Source of the DNA: Octopus vulgaris | Lineage: Eukaryota | Reading direction: 5' to 3' | Assembly (NCBI GenBank): GCA_951406725.2 | Contig: OX597833.1 | Location: forward strand, 26,536,001-26,600,000 | Length of the DNA stretch: 64,000 bases | Shown: piece after piece, positions 14,588-28,307 of the stretch | Numbering within the stretch: position 1 is the stretch's first letter | How the letters are laid out: each line of letters starts with the position of its first letter | The notes under the pieces: model-generated | The model's input: only the letters and a program-made list of their open reading frames with translations | What the model was told of the DNA's origin: nothing | The model's database searches: none | Program-made: the position numbers and the translations under genes

Positions 14588-14745
14588 GACATTTTTCGAT
14601 TTCCGTCTACCAAATCCGCTCACAAGGCTTTGCTCTGCCTGAGGCTATAGTAGAAGACACTTGCCAAAAATGCTACAGAGTGAGACTGAACCCGGAACCA
14701 TGTGGTTGAAAAGAAAATTACCCACCTCACAGCCACATCTTTGCC
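14588..14745 (-). mobile_element. SINE family A, 5' half
   Basis: 'tttccgtctaccaaatccgctcacaaggcttt...ctatagtagaagacacttgcc...gactgaacccggaaccatgtggttg'. Confidence 0.85.
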
Positions 14746-15659
14746 TATATATATATATATATACACAAACACACAGAGAAAGAAATAGAGATAGATAGAT
14801 ATAAAAATAGATATAAGTACGTGCATGCGTGCGTGTGTGTGAGTGTGTGAGTGTGTGAGTGCGTGTGTGCGTGCTTGTGTTGCTTATCTGCATTCATGTT
14901 TGTTTTTATATAAAATCAAAACTGTCAATTAACAATGCAAAAATGAATAGTATTGTATAAAAAGCCACCTTAGCCTTTTAGTAACATTTAAATCGATAAA
15001 ATAATTAGCAGCCTAACATAATTATTATGTTCGACCACAGACTTCTGACGGCAATGCTCCAGCATGATCGCAGTCCTCTGATTGAAACCAGAAACAAATA
15101 AAAGAGTAAATGGCACTGTATACAATCGTAAACAACGCGCTACCTGTGTATCTTCAGCGTTAAATAGTATCCTTCTCTCCACCATTCAACAGAGCGATCA
15201 ACTGCAATAAAGCAATCGATATACCTTCCACCGATCGATAATTTAGTCTCTGCAGTCGCTGCAGTCGCTGCAACAGCATACGCTAATGTGTGGGAATAGC
15301 AACGACAGTTAGAGTACTGCACAATGGTGCAGCATTGATGAAGTACTTAACAGCCGCTATACAGCAATTTCGTGGAAGGAATATGCATTGATTGATACTT
15401 AGAGCGTGTCATTTGGTACATAATTTCACTGTAATAATAGCAGTTATTCAACTTATGTCAGGAAAGTTACGTTACTGTACAGACATACTGACTGCTGCTG
15501 CTGCGGCGGATGCTGCTGTCGTCGTTGTTGCTCCTGTTGCTTTTGTCGCTGCTGTTGTAGCTGGGTGTAGAGTCTTTGCAAAGATTTGTAACTTCGAAGT
15601 CAACCGTAAGGTATACAATGAATATATGCATGTTTGTTTGCCGAAGGTATCCAGATGAA

Positions 15660-15666
15660 GTAATAC

Positions 15667-15732
<66 letters not shown>

Positions 15733-15832
15733 CAACAACAATAATAATAATGATAATGATAATAATATTAATAATAATATTATTATTATTAATAATTATA
15801 ATAATATTAATAATAATAATATTATTATTATT

Positions 15833-15867
<35 letters not shown>

Positions 15868-15915
15868 TGATGATGATGATGATGAATGAATGTCTTTAAT
15901 GTTATTCTTTGTGTC

Positions 15916-15991
<76 letters not shown>

Positions 15992-16070
15992 AAGAAGAAG
16001 AAGAAGAAGAAGAAGAAGAAGAAGAAGAAGAAGAAGAGCAACAACAACAATAATAATTATTATTATGATT
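15660..16070. repeat. compound (AAT)n/(GAT)n/(GAA)n/(CAA)n microsatellite
   Basis: Directly visible. Confidence 0.95.
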
Positions 16071-16079
16071 ATTTCAAAT

Positions 16080-16242
16080 TTTTGCCACAAGGGTTGTTTA
16101 GGGGTTTGGGGATGAGTTCATTACATCGACCCTAGTGTTTAACTGGTACTTATTTTATCGACCCTGAACGGATGAAAGGTAAATTCAACCTCGGCGGAAT
16201 GTGATCTCAGGACGTGAGGACGGACGCAATGCCGCTAAGCTT
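16080..16242 (-). mobile_element. SINE family B, partial
   Basis: 'actggtacttattttatcgaccctgaacggatgaaaggtaaattcaacctcggcggaatgtgatctcag'. Confidence 0.8.
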
Positions 16243-16328
16243 AACGGACTGGTAGTCATGACGGGTACACTAGGCTTCATATATTTTACCCCAGCGTCAC
16301 TTTGATGGCATGCACTGCTCTCTCACTC

Positions 16329-16375
<47 letters not shown>

Positions 16376-16380
16376 TAATG

Positions 16381-16416
<36 letters not shown>

Positions 16417-16420
<4 letters not shown>

Positions 16421-18558
16421 CTGCTAATCAATCGTATGATCCTTGAGAACTGTCACAACACAACTGCTAATCAATCGTATGATCCTTGAGAACTGTCACA
16501 ACAAGCGCAGAAATCTCAGCACCGCATGAATTGACTATAAAAAGGCCTTCGACATATTACCGCATCCATGGATCTTGAGATCGCTGGACATCTTCAAAAT
16601 TTCCCCTGTGATTTCAAACTTCCTGAAGCACAATATGTCTTCTGGAATACGAATCTCCAATTATACCACTGTAATGGAGTACTTGCCTCAGAAAATATAA
16701 ACATCAACTGTGGAATTTTTCAAGGTGACTCACTTTCACCTTTAATATTCTGCATAGCCCTAATACCCCTTACAAGTGAATTAAACAGAACAGGGTATGG
16801 GTATAAAATTGCCAATAAAAAAATAAGCCATCTATTTTATATGGATGACTTAAAACTTTATGGTAAAGACAATAATGAACTTGAAGGCCTATTGCGCACC
16901 GTGAAAGCATTCAGCGATGACATCGGGATGGAGTTTGGACTTGAGAAGTGTGCCAAGGCCACTTTCCAGAAAGGGAAAGTGAAGACCACAAATTCAGTCG
17001 TGTTAGATGTTGACACAGTCATAAGAGAGCTTGAGCAAGAACAAACATACAAATATTTAGGGATAAATGAAGGCTCTGGTATTCAGCATGCAAGCATGAA
17101 AGAGAAAATCAGGAAGGAATGTTATAGGAGAGTTCGTGCAGTCCTGAAATCTGAACTAAATGCACGTAACAAGGTGTTAGCTATAAATTCCTTAGCAGTT
17201 CCAGTTGTTGCTTATAGCTACAATGTGTTGAACTGGAATATGAGTGAAGTAAAGAATATAGATAGAAAAATACGCAAGCTGCTGAGTTGTAATAGGATGC
17301 ACCACCCAAAGGCAGACGTAGATCGCCTTTACCTTCCCAGAGCCCAAGGAGGTCGAGGCCTGATCCAATTTGAACTAGCTTACAAAACAACCACAATTGG
17401 ACTGGCCAAATATCTCGAAATATCGAATGAATGGATACTAAAGCTCGTGGAAATCACGAGAGACGAAAGAAGCTTCATTCTATCATAAAGGAAAGCAAAA
17501 AATTTGCTATTGATCTCGTGCAGGATACCCAAACTGAACAACCCGAGGGAAGTACGGCAACTATTGTTGCAAAGAAGGTGAAAATGATGGCAATGAAAAA
17601 AGCGCACGAGCAATTGGCTGATAGGTGGCAGGAGAAACCTCTGCACGGCAAATATGTGACCCGCAGCAAACAAGCTGATGTTGACCAGAAGCAAACCCAT
17701 CAGTGGCTGCGGAGCTCAGGGCTAAAAGCAGAGAGCGAAGGTTTCATCCTGGCTGCTCAAGACCAAAGCCTATTAACCCGGAACTACCAGGCCAATGTGA
17801 TGAAAAATGGAGCAGACCCAAAATGCCGATTCTGCAACGACATGATTGAAACAGTGGACCACCTAATCTCTGGATGTAAAGTCTTAGCACCAGTGGAGTA
17901 TAAATTTAGACATGACAGAGTTGGCCAATATCTCCACTGGCTAATAAGTCGGCATTACAATATCAAAACTGCCGACTAGTGGTATAATCACCACCCTGAG
18001 GCTGTAACTGAAGGAGAAAATGTAACCATTCTGTGGGACTTTCCAGTACATACAGACCGAACCATCAAGGCCAATAAACCAGATATTGTTGTGAAAGACC
18101 AAAACAATAAAGTTTGCTTATTGATCGACATGAGCATCCCCTGTGATCATAATATCTCAGCGAAAGAGTTTGACAAGCTCAGAAAATATAAAGACCTACT
18201 CATTGAAATTGAGAAAATGTGGCATCTCAAGGCGGTTACAATACCAGTGATCGTAGGAGCACTAGGAATGATCAAGAAGGGAACCTAAAATTATATGAGA
18301 ATGATCCCTGGCTTACCATCCCTGCAAGAAGTGCAAAAGATTGTCTTAACTGGTACATCACACATATTGAGAAGAGCGTTGTCGATGTGAGAACTGTTGC
18401 TGCTCATGTATTTTAATTTAACTTTAAAAAAAAAAAAAATGAACGAACTACTGAGTTTGGTTTAATGGCCTACCAATATACACTATGAGTTTCTTTGCCC
18501 TAGGAGTCGGGAAGACACTCGGTAAGAAATGGAAGAAAATTTGAATGAAGAAAAAAAA

Positions 18559-18560
<2 letters not shown>
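16417..18560 (+). mobile_element. R4/Dong-like RLE LINE (family 1), 5'-truncated; RT, CCHC and RLE domains disrupted
   Basis: RT motifs DYKKAFD, GIFQGDSLSPLIF, YMDDLK, YKYLG and RLYLPRAQGGRGL; then AAQDQSL, CRFC...H..SGC, RHD and KPDIV...D. Frameshifts plus stops at 17977 and 18286. (TAA)n on both sides. Confidence 0.95.
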
Positions 18561-18632
<72 letters not shown>

Positions 18633-18749
18633 TGCTGTAGTTCTATATTTAAGAGATGTGGAATTATGTACATTATTTACATTATTTACAATTGACGGAT
18701 ATACGCCATATGCCCACGGATATATGGCGTAGTGGTTAAGAATGACAAC

Positions 18750-19790
18750 GACAGGTTGTGATTGTTCAGAAGAATGCATTGGAGAGATGTGATCAGTTGC
18801 CAGGACTGTATGGAAGCAGAGAAAAACAGCCTATGATGTAAATAAAAAATGCCGTGAAGCCACTGTTGAAACACATGAACGTCGGCGTCATCAAAACTGA
18901 AAATTGTGCAATAACAAAATATGGACTAAAAAATGAAGAAGAAGCATGAAAGGAAAAGAAAATGTACGGTCAGTTTGCAAGAGATATGAACTCCAAGACA
19001 GATACAGAGGACCAGTGACTATGGATGAGAAGGAGTGATCTGAAGATTGAGACAGAAGCACTCATATGATCATCTGATGAACATGCTTTAAGGAGCAATT
19101 ATATGAAGTGCAGGATAGACAACGCTACCGAGAGCGACAAACGTAGAACGAGTGGTGAGAGGGATGAAACAGCATGGCACATCATTAGCGAATGCCCGAA
19201 ATCGGCACAACGAAATACAAAGGACGCCTGAATAATGAAGCAAGAATGATCCATTGGAAGTTCTGTGGAAATCTCGGCATACAAAGAGCAAAAACGTGGT
19301 ATGAGCAAACTCCTGGAGCCACCGAAAAATGAGAACTACAAAATCCTGTTGGATGCAATGATCCAGTACGATCACCTGACCAGACAACAGAAAACGGACA
19401 TTGCTGTGATGAATAGAAAATAAAGAACATGTATATTAATCGACATAGCATGCCCCGGTGACAACAGGATCAATGTGAGCGAAGAAAAAAGGAACAAGAG
19501 GATTTGAAGAGTGAAATACGAAGGCTGTGATCAATCAAGAGAGTAGACGTGATACCAATAGTTATCGGAGCACTTGGAAGTATCAATACTCATTTTCAAC
19601 ATGGCTGAAAAAAATTGGCGCAAGTGTGAGGGAAGAACACCTACAAAAATCGGCATTCCTTGGAACTGAAAAGATTTTCGCAGGGTTCTTGAAGCATGAC
19701 CAGTAAACAAGCGTCACCTAAGTCTGCTGACTGTGGACAGCTGACGCTTTCCATCATACCCAGCAAAATAGATTGTGAGTTTTCATATAC
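18750..19790 (+). mobile_element. R4/Dong-like RLE LINE, decayed 3' part (family 3)
   Basis: Degenerate KEMYGQF, SDLKIETEAL, ETAWHIISECP, IDIACPGD and IPIVIGALG motifs. Ends in (TAA)n. Confidence 0.8.
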
Positions 19791-19842
<52 letters not shown>

Positions 19843-19844
<2 letters not shown>

Positions 19845-20548
19845 GTGGATAAAGATGAGAATGCATGGAAATTTCATAGATAAGACAGAGAAAAATGATG
19901 GCAATGGATGACTAATTGTGATTTAAAACCGGAAATGGTGACTCTCATCTGTGCCGCCCAAGAGCAAGCATTAAGAACCAATTACATAAAATACAGAATA
20001 GACAACATATCATAAAGTAATGAATGCAGAATTTACGGACATAATAGTGAAACCGTATAGCATATTACCTGTCAACATACGCTGTTAGCCTAGAAAGAAT
20101 ATAAGAGACGTCATGACAATATAGTAAGGATTCTCCATTGGACACTTTGCAACAAGTATAGACTTGAGAGAGTAAAATGTGGTAGGAACATAAAGTCGAA
20201 GGCATCATCGAAAAGGATAATGCAAGGAGCCTAAGGGATTTTATGATTCAGTGCAACCATGAGATAGAGAACAGGAAACCAGGCACAGTGTTAAATGAGA
20301 AAGAAAGCAAACGATGCTGTATCATAGATATAGCATGCCCAGCTGACAACAAGGTATGCGATAAGGAAGAAAGAAAAGTCGAGAGATATAGCTAGTTAGC
20401 TTGGGAGGTTAAGCAGTTGTGGTCTCTAAAATAGGTGGTAGTACTACCAATAATCGTTGGAGCCCCAGGAACAGTGAGTAAAAATCTTGAGAAGTACATG
20501 GAACAAATAGGGGCTGCAATAAGGTTGGGAAACTTGCAGAAAACAGCA
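19843..20548 (+). mobile_element. R4/Dong-like RLE LINE fragment (family 2)
   Basis: Encodes MHGNF, ICAAQEQALRTNY, RRHD and IDIACPAD. 20170-20548 aligns by eye with 7160-7540. Starts directly after (TAA)n. Confidence 0.85.
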
Positions 20549-20554
20549 TGTGTG

Positions 20555-20807
20555 TTCCTAGTTAGAGAGGAAATACTTCTATTTATATAATACTTATCAA
20601 GTTTAATGTTATTTGAAGATGATATATTCTAAATAAGGTTTAGTAATATAAAATCTTATACTTATTGAATTATTATTAATTATGGACCTGTAGTTCCCAG
20701 GAGTAAAATGTTTATCTATTATTGAACGAATAACATTTATTTGTCTTCCATAAGATGAAATAAGCCAAACTATATTATCATTATTATTATTATCATCATC
20801 ATCATCA

Positions 20808-20855
<48 letters not shown>

Positions 20856-22050
20856 CTATTATTATTATTGTAACTATCTGAATGATGGTTTTTTTATTAG
20901 TATTGTTATACTTATTGATTTGAAGTATAGTTTCAATCATATCTATAGACAAGTTACAATATATCTCGTTGACTGTCTGGTGGCTGTCTTTTCAAATTTA
21001 ATTAATCCAATGCGGAATTATAATAGTCCTTATTCATTTTAAAGATATCTTTGTTAGATGAAAGGTAATTAATTCTACGTTGTATATTTTAAACTAAATA
21101 CTTTGTAATTATTTGAAGATGATTACTATTATAATTAATATATGTTAGTTTAGAATTAGGTTTATGATATGGTGAGTGGTTTACTGTGAGTATGCTCATT
21201 TTCTCTAGAAATTTTCAGGCCAAACTTATTGAAGAATCTATGAATATTTTTCGTACAATTTTCTAATTTTCTATTGCGAATAGATTTAATTTTAAATAAT
21301 GCATCGTCTCTATATAAACCTCCGGCTATTTTTGGAAATTCATTATTGAACTTATCAGAATATAAATACCTACAATGCCAGTGACCTGGGCTGAATCAGT
21401 GGAGCCCATAGGTATATCAAATTAGTCGGGTGCATTCTCTCTAGCCCAGTATTTTTGGTCAAATTTGATTAATCATTTTCTAGCAGTGAGAATGATATTG
21501 ATTTCTTTGCGAGACAAACTAGTGTCACCCATAGCAAATATTCGGGCATTATTTAATACTATGGTGTTTATAGATGAATAATAATTATTAATATCTTCCT
21601 GTATAAATCTATGTTTATCCTTATTATGTATTCGACCAAACCAATTTATAGCTTCTTGTATACTAAACCAGAGCTCTAATTTTAATTTATTCTTAAGTTG
21701 GATTATATGTTTGTTTAAAATTATTTTAATTAATTTGCCTATTTTGATTTTGCTGAGCAAATAATTCTAACTTTAGGGTCGGTAAAAAAATTTGGTTTAT
21801 GGACCTTAAGAGATAATCTAGGTTTAAGAGAGAAAATTCAGTCGGGTCATCAATATTGTATTGTGTAATTATTTTTTTACAGTCAATGTTAATATATTTA
21901 AGAATGTTCCATTTATACTTATTTTTATAGGTATATATTTTAATCTTTTAATTTGCATTAGTTTTCCATATTAGTGTAATATAAATAAAATAAGCCAAGC
22001 GTCTTTTCAATTTTTCTTCTCCATTTTCTTTTATTGACTTTTTAATTTTA
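20555..22050 (-). pseudogene. Penelope-like element RT of the 'GLYRDD' type, decayed
   Basis: Minus-strand translation gives FIQEDINNYYSSI, FDIPMGSTDSAQVTGIVG, AGGLYRDDAL, PYHKPNS..YINYNSNH and RRINYLSSNKDIF..YYNSAL, then an Asn-rich (AAT/GAT)n linker. Confidence 0.85.
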
Positions 22051-22342
22051 TGAGACTGTTTATACATATATATATTGAAGAACTTCCTATCAATAGATTT
22101 AGTTAAACCCAGTTGGCATCAGGATTGTTTTTAGCAACCCCTTACGCGGATATTATCTATCTATGTATACCCTTGTAGACTTATGTAAATATTTGTTTGT
22201 AAGCCTATCATTATATATTCCAACATACCTGTATAAGTATTAAGTTATTAAATATTACGCGTGTGTATGAGTTTTTGTACTGTTATATATGTATATCTAT
22301 ATGTTTATGTATGCATGTGCATATCTGTATATATGTAAATAT

Positions 22343-22392
<50 letters not shown>

Positions 22393-24265
22393 TGTATGTA
22401 TGTATGTATGTATGTATGTATGTATGCATGTATGTAAATATATGTGCATATGTGTATGGGTATCTGAGTATGCATTTATATGCATATATATACATATATT
22501 TTACTCTTTATGTATCTCTATGTATGTAGATACACTTATTAATATATGCCAGTGTATGTATATCTATGTATATGTCTACATGCGTCCATATGCATGTCTA
22601 TACACTTTTCTACATTGATGTGTGTACACATGTATATATATGTGTATATATGATACTATTTTTTTAAATAGAAACTTTTAAATGTATCCATTCTTTCGCC
22701 CAAAAATAATACATACATGTACTAATCTTAATGTAATGTATTGTACTTCCAATTGTTAAATATGCATGATTATTTATATGTATCCTCATATATAAAAAAT
22801 TCATGTTGTGTAGCCGGATACTTATCCCATATGTACATATATATTCCAATATTCCAGTATATAAGTATTCCGGTATATATTAGTTATACAAAAAAATATC
22901 ATACACAAGTATTTGATTATGATTTCCTCTATATATACATATACTCATTATTATATAACTTTTAATATATATTTTTAGCAACCAAGATTGATAACTATTT
23001 TTATGGCCATTTTTATTTCATTTTTTATTCAAATGTTTATAATAAATTTAAACAATTTTTAAATATTATAATTCTTATATATATTTGTATATAAAGTATA
23101 TTTGTTTTTCATAATATAATGATGTCTGTTTATACCTACATCGCCACTATACATTCAGGCCTATGTATATACATTATATATGTAAATATGCGTACATTGT
23201 TACATGTGTTCATTATGTAAGGGCGTCTTTGTGTTACATTTCGTCTATAGGGTGCATATGCACATTATCGTATGTTTCGGTGTCTGATTATATCTTTGTC
23301 CATAACTGTCACTGTATATATTGTATATGTCTATATAGGCAAGTATATACGCATAACTTTTGTTTTACTTGTAGAAAAACCTTGTTTTATCTTATGTTTA
23401 CATGTTGAACCGGTATCTAGATGCACAAACCATTACATATAACTATGTAGGAAACAAAAAGAAATTTCAGTGAGCGTATCCATCTACATGTAATGACAAT
23501 ATTTTTAATTTTTGCAATCTCCATTGCAGACATAAGCTACGTCATTTTCCCCACCTTATTTATCATCTCGCCTATACTAGTCAATATTCGAAAATATTTA
23601 CTTTCTCTTAAATTGTTCTCAAATCTTCTCGATATATTAATTTTTCTATATACCATTCCATAGATGATTTACAGTTTTAGCAGCGGACATTGATAGTAAA
23701 ATAACCCCACATCTTCATATTTTATTTATTATTCTTATAATTTTTATATATTTTTATACCGTTTTATTAAGCACCTGTGAGTATCTACTATGTTATTGCT
23801 TAAATTACTTTCTGTAATACCTACTTATCTCCTTCAATAATTCTAATATATTATATACATAAAACATTTTATTATATAGTTTATATACCACTAACCATTT
23901 ATAATTGCTTTTAAACATATTTTTCTAATTTATAAATAAGCCGTATTGATTATTACGTATTGAATATAAATTTCAGTCTCCAGTATTTAAAATTCCGTGC
24001 TTCCTTATTCGATATTCCTTTTCCAACCCCACTAATTCTTATATGAGAGTTTTAAATTAGCACCTTTATACTTATCTATAGAGAGAAAGTTACGTATATT
24101 TCTATACTATATATATCATCACCTAACCGTTAACCGATAGCTGTGTTTTAAATAAACATGACTCGTAGAACAATTACACATTACAAAAATTAGTAAGAAT
24201 ACCATACACATGTAATTCTAAAGTCCCCCTTCTTTATTTTGTTTTTATTATTGTTTTCTTATTGT

Positions 24266-24343
24266 GCTAATGATGAGTACTTTTTGAGAACTCAGATTCT
24301 TAAAATGAATTTATTGTCATTCTATACGAAACGATCGTGTAGC
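24266..24343 (+). ncRNA. degenerate type I hammerhead ribozyme motif
   Basis: gcta-ATGATGA-gta...tac-GAAA-cgatcg-TG-tagc, followed by AATAAA. Stems I and II and the palindromic stem III (acgatcgt) are intact. C3->A and G at the cleavage position would likely inactivate it. Confidence 0.65.
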
Positions 24344-24449
24344 GAAATGAATAAAAAATATTTTATTCCATATTAACATCTAATCTCCTCCGTTTACGAA
24401 AAACATGATTGAATTTGTCGAACTTCGTTCTATAACATAATTCATATAC

Positions 24450-24511
<62 letters not shown>

Positions 24512-24512
<1 letters not shown>

Positions 24513-24909
24513 TCTTTTACTCTTTTACTTGTTTCAGTCATTTGACTGCGGCCATGCTGGAACACCGCCTTTAGTCGAGCAAATCGACCCCGGGACTTAT
24601 TCTTTGTAAGCCCAGTACTTATTCTATCGGTCTCTTTTGCCGAACCGCTAAGTGACGGGGACGTAAACACACTAGCATCGGTGTTCAAGCACTGCTAGAG
24701 TGACAAACACAGACACACAAACACATACATACACATACATATATACATATATACGACAGGCTTCTTTCAGTTTCCGTCTACCAAATCCACTCACAAGTCA
24801 TTGGTCGGCCCGGGGCTATAGCAGAAGACATTTGCCCAAGATGCCACGCAGTGGGACTGAACCCGGAACCATGTGGCTGGTTAGCAAGCTACTTACCACA
24901 CAGCCACTC

Positions 24910-24912
<3 letters not shown>
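24512..24912 (-). mobile_element. SINE family A, full-length
   Basis: Complete head (reverse complement of ggagtggctgtgtggtaagtagc...ggttcagtcccactgcgtggca), body, internal microsatellite and tail. Set in (AT)n. Confidence 0.92.
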
Positions 24913-24962
<50 letters not shown>

Positions 24963-25040
24963 CACTGAAAGAGAGAGAGAGAAAGAAAGAGAGACAATAC
25001 ATATTCATGTACATATACATATATGTTTGTTTGGCTTCAC

Positions 25041-25216
25041 AGGCGTAGTTGTGTGGCAAGAAGCTTGCTTCTAAGCGAAAAGGTTCTGGGTTCAGTCCCA
25101 CTGCGTGTCACTTTGGGTGACTGTCTTCTATTATAGCCTCGGGACGACCTAAGACTTGTGGATTGATCTGGTAGACGAAAACTGAAAGAAGCCCGCCGTA
25201 TATGTGTGTCTATATG

Positions 25217-25256
<40 letters not shown>

Positions 25257-25448
25257 TGTCTGTTCCTGTCCTCATTACCGCTTGACAACCGGTGTTGGTA
25301 TGTTTACATCCCCGTAACTCATCGGTTCGGCAAAGGAGAACAGTAGACTAAGTTCTAGGCTTAAAAAAGAAATACTTGTGTTGATTTCCTCGACTAAAAG
25401 CCTTCAGTCTAGTTCTATTCAAATGACTGGAGCAGATAAAAGATAAAA
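25041..25448 (+). mobile_element. SINE family A
   Basis: 'aggcgtagttgtgtggcaagaagcttgc...ggttcagtcccactgcg...ggtagacgaaaactgaaagaagccc', then (GT)n and the tail. Confidence 0.88.
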
Positions 25449-25602
25449 ATTAATAACATATACTTCAGATTTGTGACACGCCTTTAATTTTGTCTACGAG
25501 TCTCTTGAACTTACCCGCACATAGTACATACACTCTCACAAATACACATATACATTAACGTTCACACACACGTGTGTATTTATGTATGTATATATGTATA
25601 TG

Positions 25603-25905
25603 TGGAGGCGCAATGGCCCAGTGATTAGGGCAGCGGACTCGCGGTCGTAGGATCGCAGTTTCGATTCCTAGACCGGGCGTTGTGAGTGTTTATTGAGCGA
25701 AAACACCTAAAAAGCTCCACGAGGCTCCGGCAGGGTGGTGGTGATTCCTGCTGTACTCTTTCACCACACTTTCTCTCACTCTTTCTTCTGTTGGCCTGCT
25801 CGCTTAGCCAGCGGGGTGGCGTCATTCGAAGGCTAAAACAATGCGAAGGCATTGTGACCAGCGATGTGTAACAACATCTGATGGTCTGGTCGGTCACGTG
25901 ACGTG
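25603..25905 (+). mobile_element. tRNA-derived SINE, family C
   Basis: tRNA-like head 'ggaggcgcaatggcccagtgattagggcagcggactcgcggtc...gtttcgattcc' with A- and B-box-like motifs. Shares its head and body with 45480-45850. Confidence 0.85.
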
Positions 25906-26832
25906 ATATATGTATATATGTATATATGTATGTATATAAGTATGTACGTATGTATGTATGTATGTATGTATGTATGTATGTATGTATGTATGTATGTATG
26001 TATGAACGTTTGCTAAGGTTGTGAACTCTGCTGCTATTGTAGTTGGTTCTACAGAGCAATAGAAACAATTTCCACAACAACGGCACTTAAGATAACATCA
26101 TATTTGAAATATGCTGAAAAACAAACATCCTGAATCAACAAACCATCGCATGACAACGGCATAACACAACAGTAAATTCATGCCTGGCTCAACACAACAC
26201 CAACCCGATGCAAATCAAGCAATGAGAAAACCTGTACGTAGTCGCAGGAAAACGCTAGAACTAACTAGAACCATCTACCACATTATACACCACTTTATTA
26301 GAGTGTAACATATTGGACCCAAAAACGTGATAGTCACTTCTTAACCTTTAACGCAATTAGTATAATAAAAAGTGCAATAGTGGTGCGCACAGCTTTCAAT
26401 CTCCCTCGCTGGTCATAGTGCTGCTAAGTTAAGCGAATCTTCTATTGCCACTGGAATATAACGACGTTGTGTCAGGGTCAGGCTTGGCCTACAGCAAAAT
26501 TATACTGACAATGAAGAAATGAAATATAACAGAACAGGTGACATTAAGAGCAACAACAAACCACAGAGAAAAATTGGCAGCACAATAACTGACAATCGCG
26601 CAACACAGCATTAGTATGCGAAACTGTGAATGTTGAAATTTTGTGACGCTCATAGCGTGTCATCATCTCTCAACGTTTTATATTCTTTGTTTTCGTAAGC
26701 AATTAATTTCGCTACTGACTACGCTTGCAACCATGCATATACACGTGTACACACACTCAAATATAAACACATACACGCCTGCAAGTATAGACACGAGTGT
26801 GTGTGTACAAATATATATGTATATGTATATAC

Positions 26833-26878
<46 letters not shown>

Positions 26879-27044
26879 TTTATATGTATATACGTATATA
26901 TGTACACATACACAAACACACACATATATATGTGTCTATATGTATATGTATCTATATAAACCTATATACATACGCATACATATATATGTATATGTATAAA
27001 AGTATATATGTATAAATATATGTGTGCCTCTGTGTGTGTGGATG

Positions 27045-27476
<432 letters not shown>

Positions 27477-28149
27477 CACGTAGAAAATACAGACGCTCAC
27501 GCGTGCATCTAGTACTGTATTATCAGCGCTACTTCAATGCTATTCACAGTATATCTTATCATTTAATTATATTTAAATCATTATGGAAATGGAGTGTCCA
27601 TTAAGTCGGACAATTTGTCATTGATTGAATCAATTCTGATACTGAGAACTGCTTGATATTTATTGCCGTAATATCTGCAAGTGTAGGTGGTTGCGGTAAT
27701 GGTGGAGTAGTGGGCGAGAACAATAGTAATAGTGACGGTTTTGATAAAACTATCGGTGGTGTCCGTGATGCAGATGACAACGGCAGATGATAGTGACAAC
27801 GTTGATGTTTGTGTCTTTAATAAAAATGATGATCATTGCTGTAATGTAAGGGATGGCTCTATCAGAGATATAAAATAAAGATAATAATAGGGATGGGACA
27901 GTGATGATTATGGCGACCATATGTGTGGTCGTGATGATGCTGAGAAGAGGTAGATGCAAGGGTTATTTTCCATGATAATGATGGAGATACTCGTAGCTAT
28001 GGTGATCGACGTGGCTGCGTTGTTGGCCAATGACCGAGCGACGATTTTGTCAGTACTTTTAGATGGGGTTATGTTGATTATAATGATGGCACGGGTTTTG
28101 CCATCTGCTCCCGTTTTCTAATTGTGAAATTGCATGGAGGACAGATTGT

Positions 28150-28307
<158 letters not shown>

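Noticed and set aside
18703-18745. 10-bp hairpin tacgccatat/atatggcgta overlapping a tRNA A-box-like ggcgtagtggttaag
   Set aside because: Too short and with no B-box or cloverleaf. Probably a junction of repeat fragments.
25603-25675. tRNA-like sequence as a tRNA gene
   Set aside because: No proper acceptor stem, and it continues into a SINE body shared with 45.5-45.85 kb.
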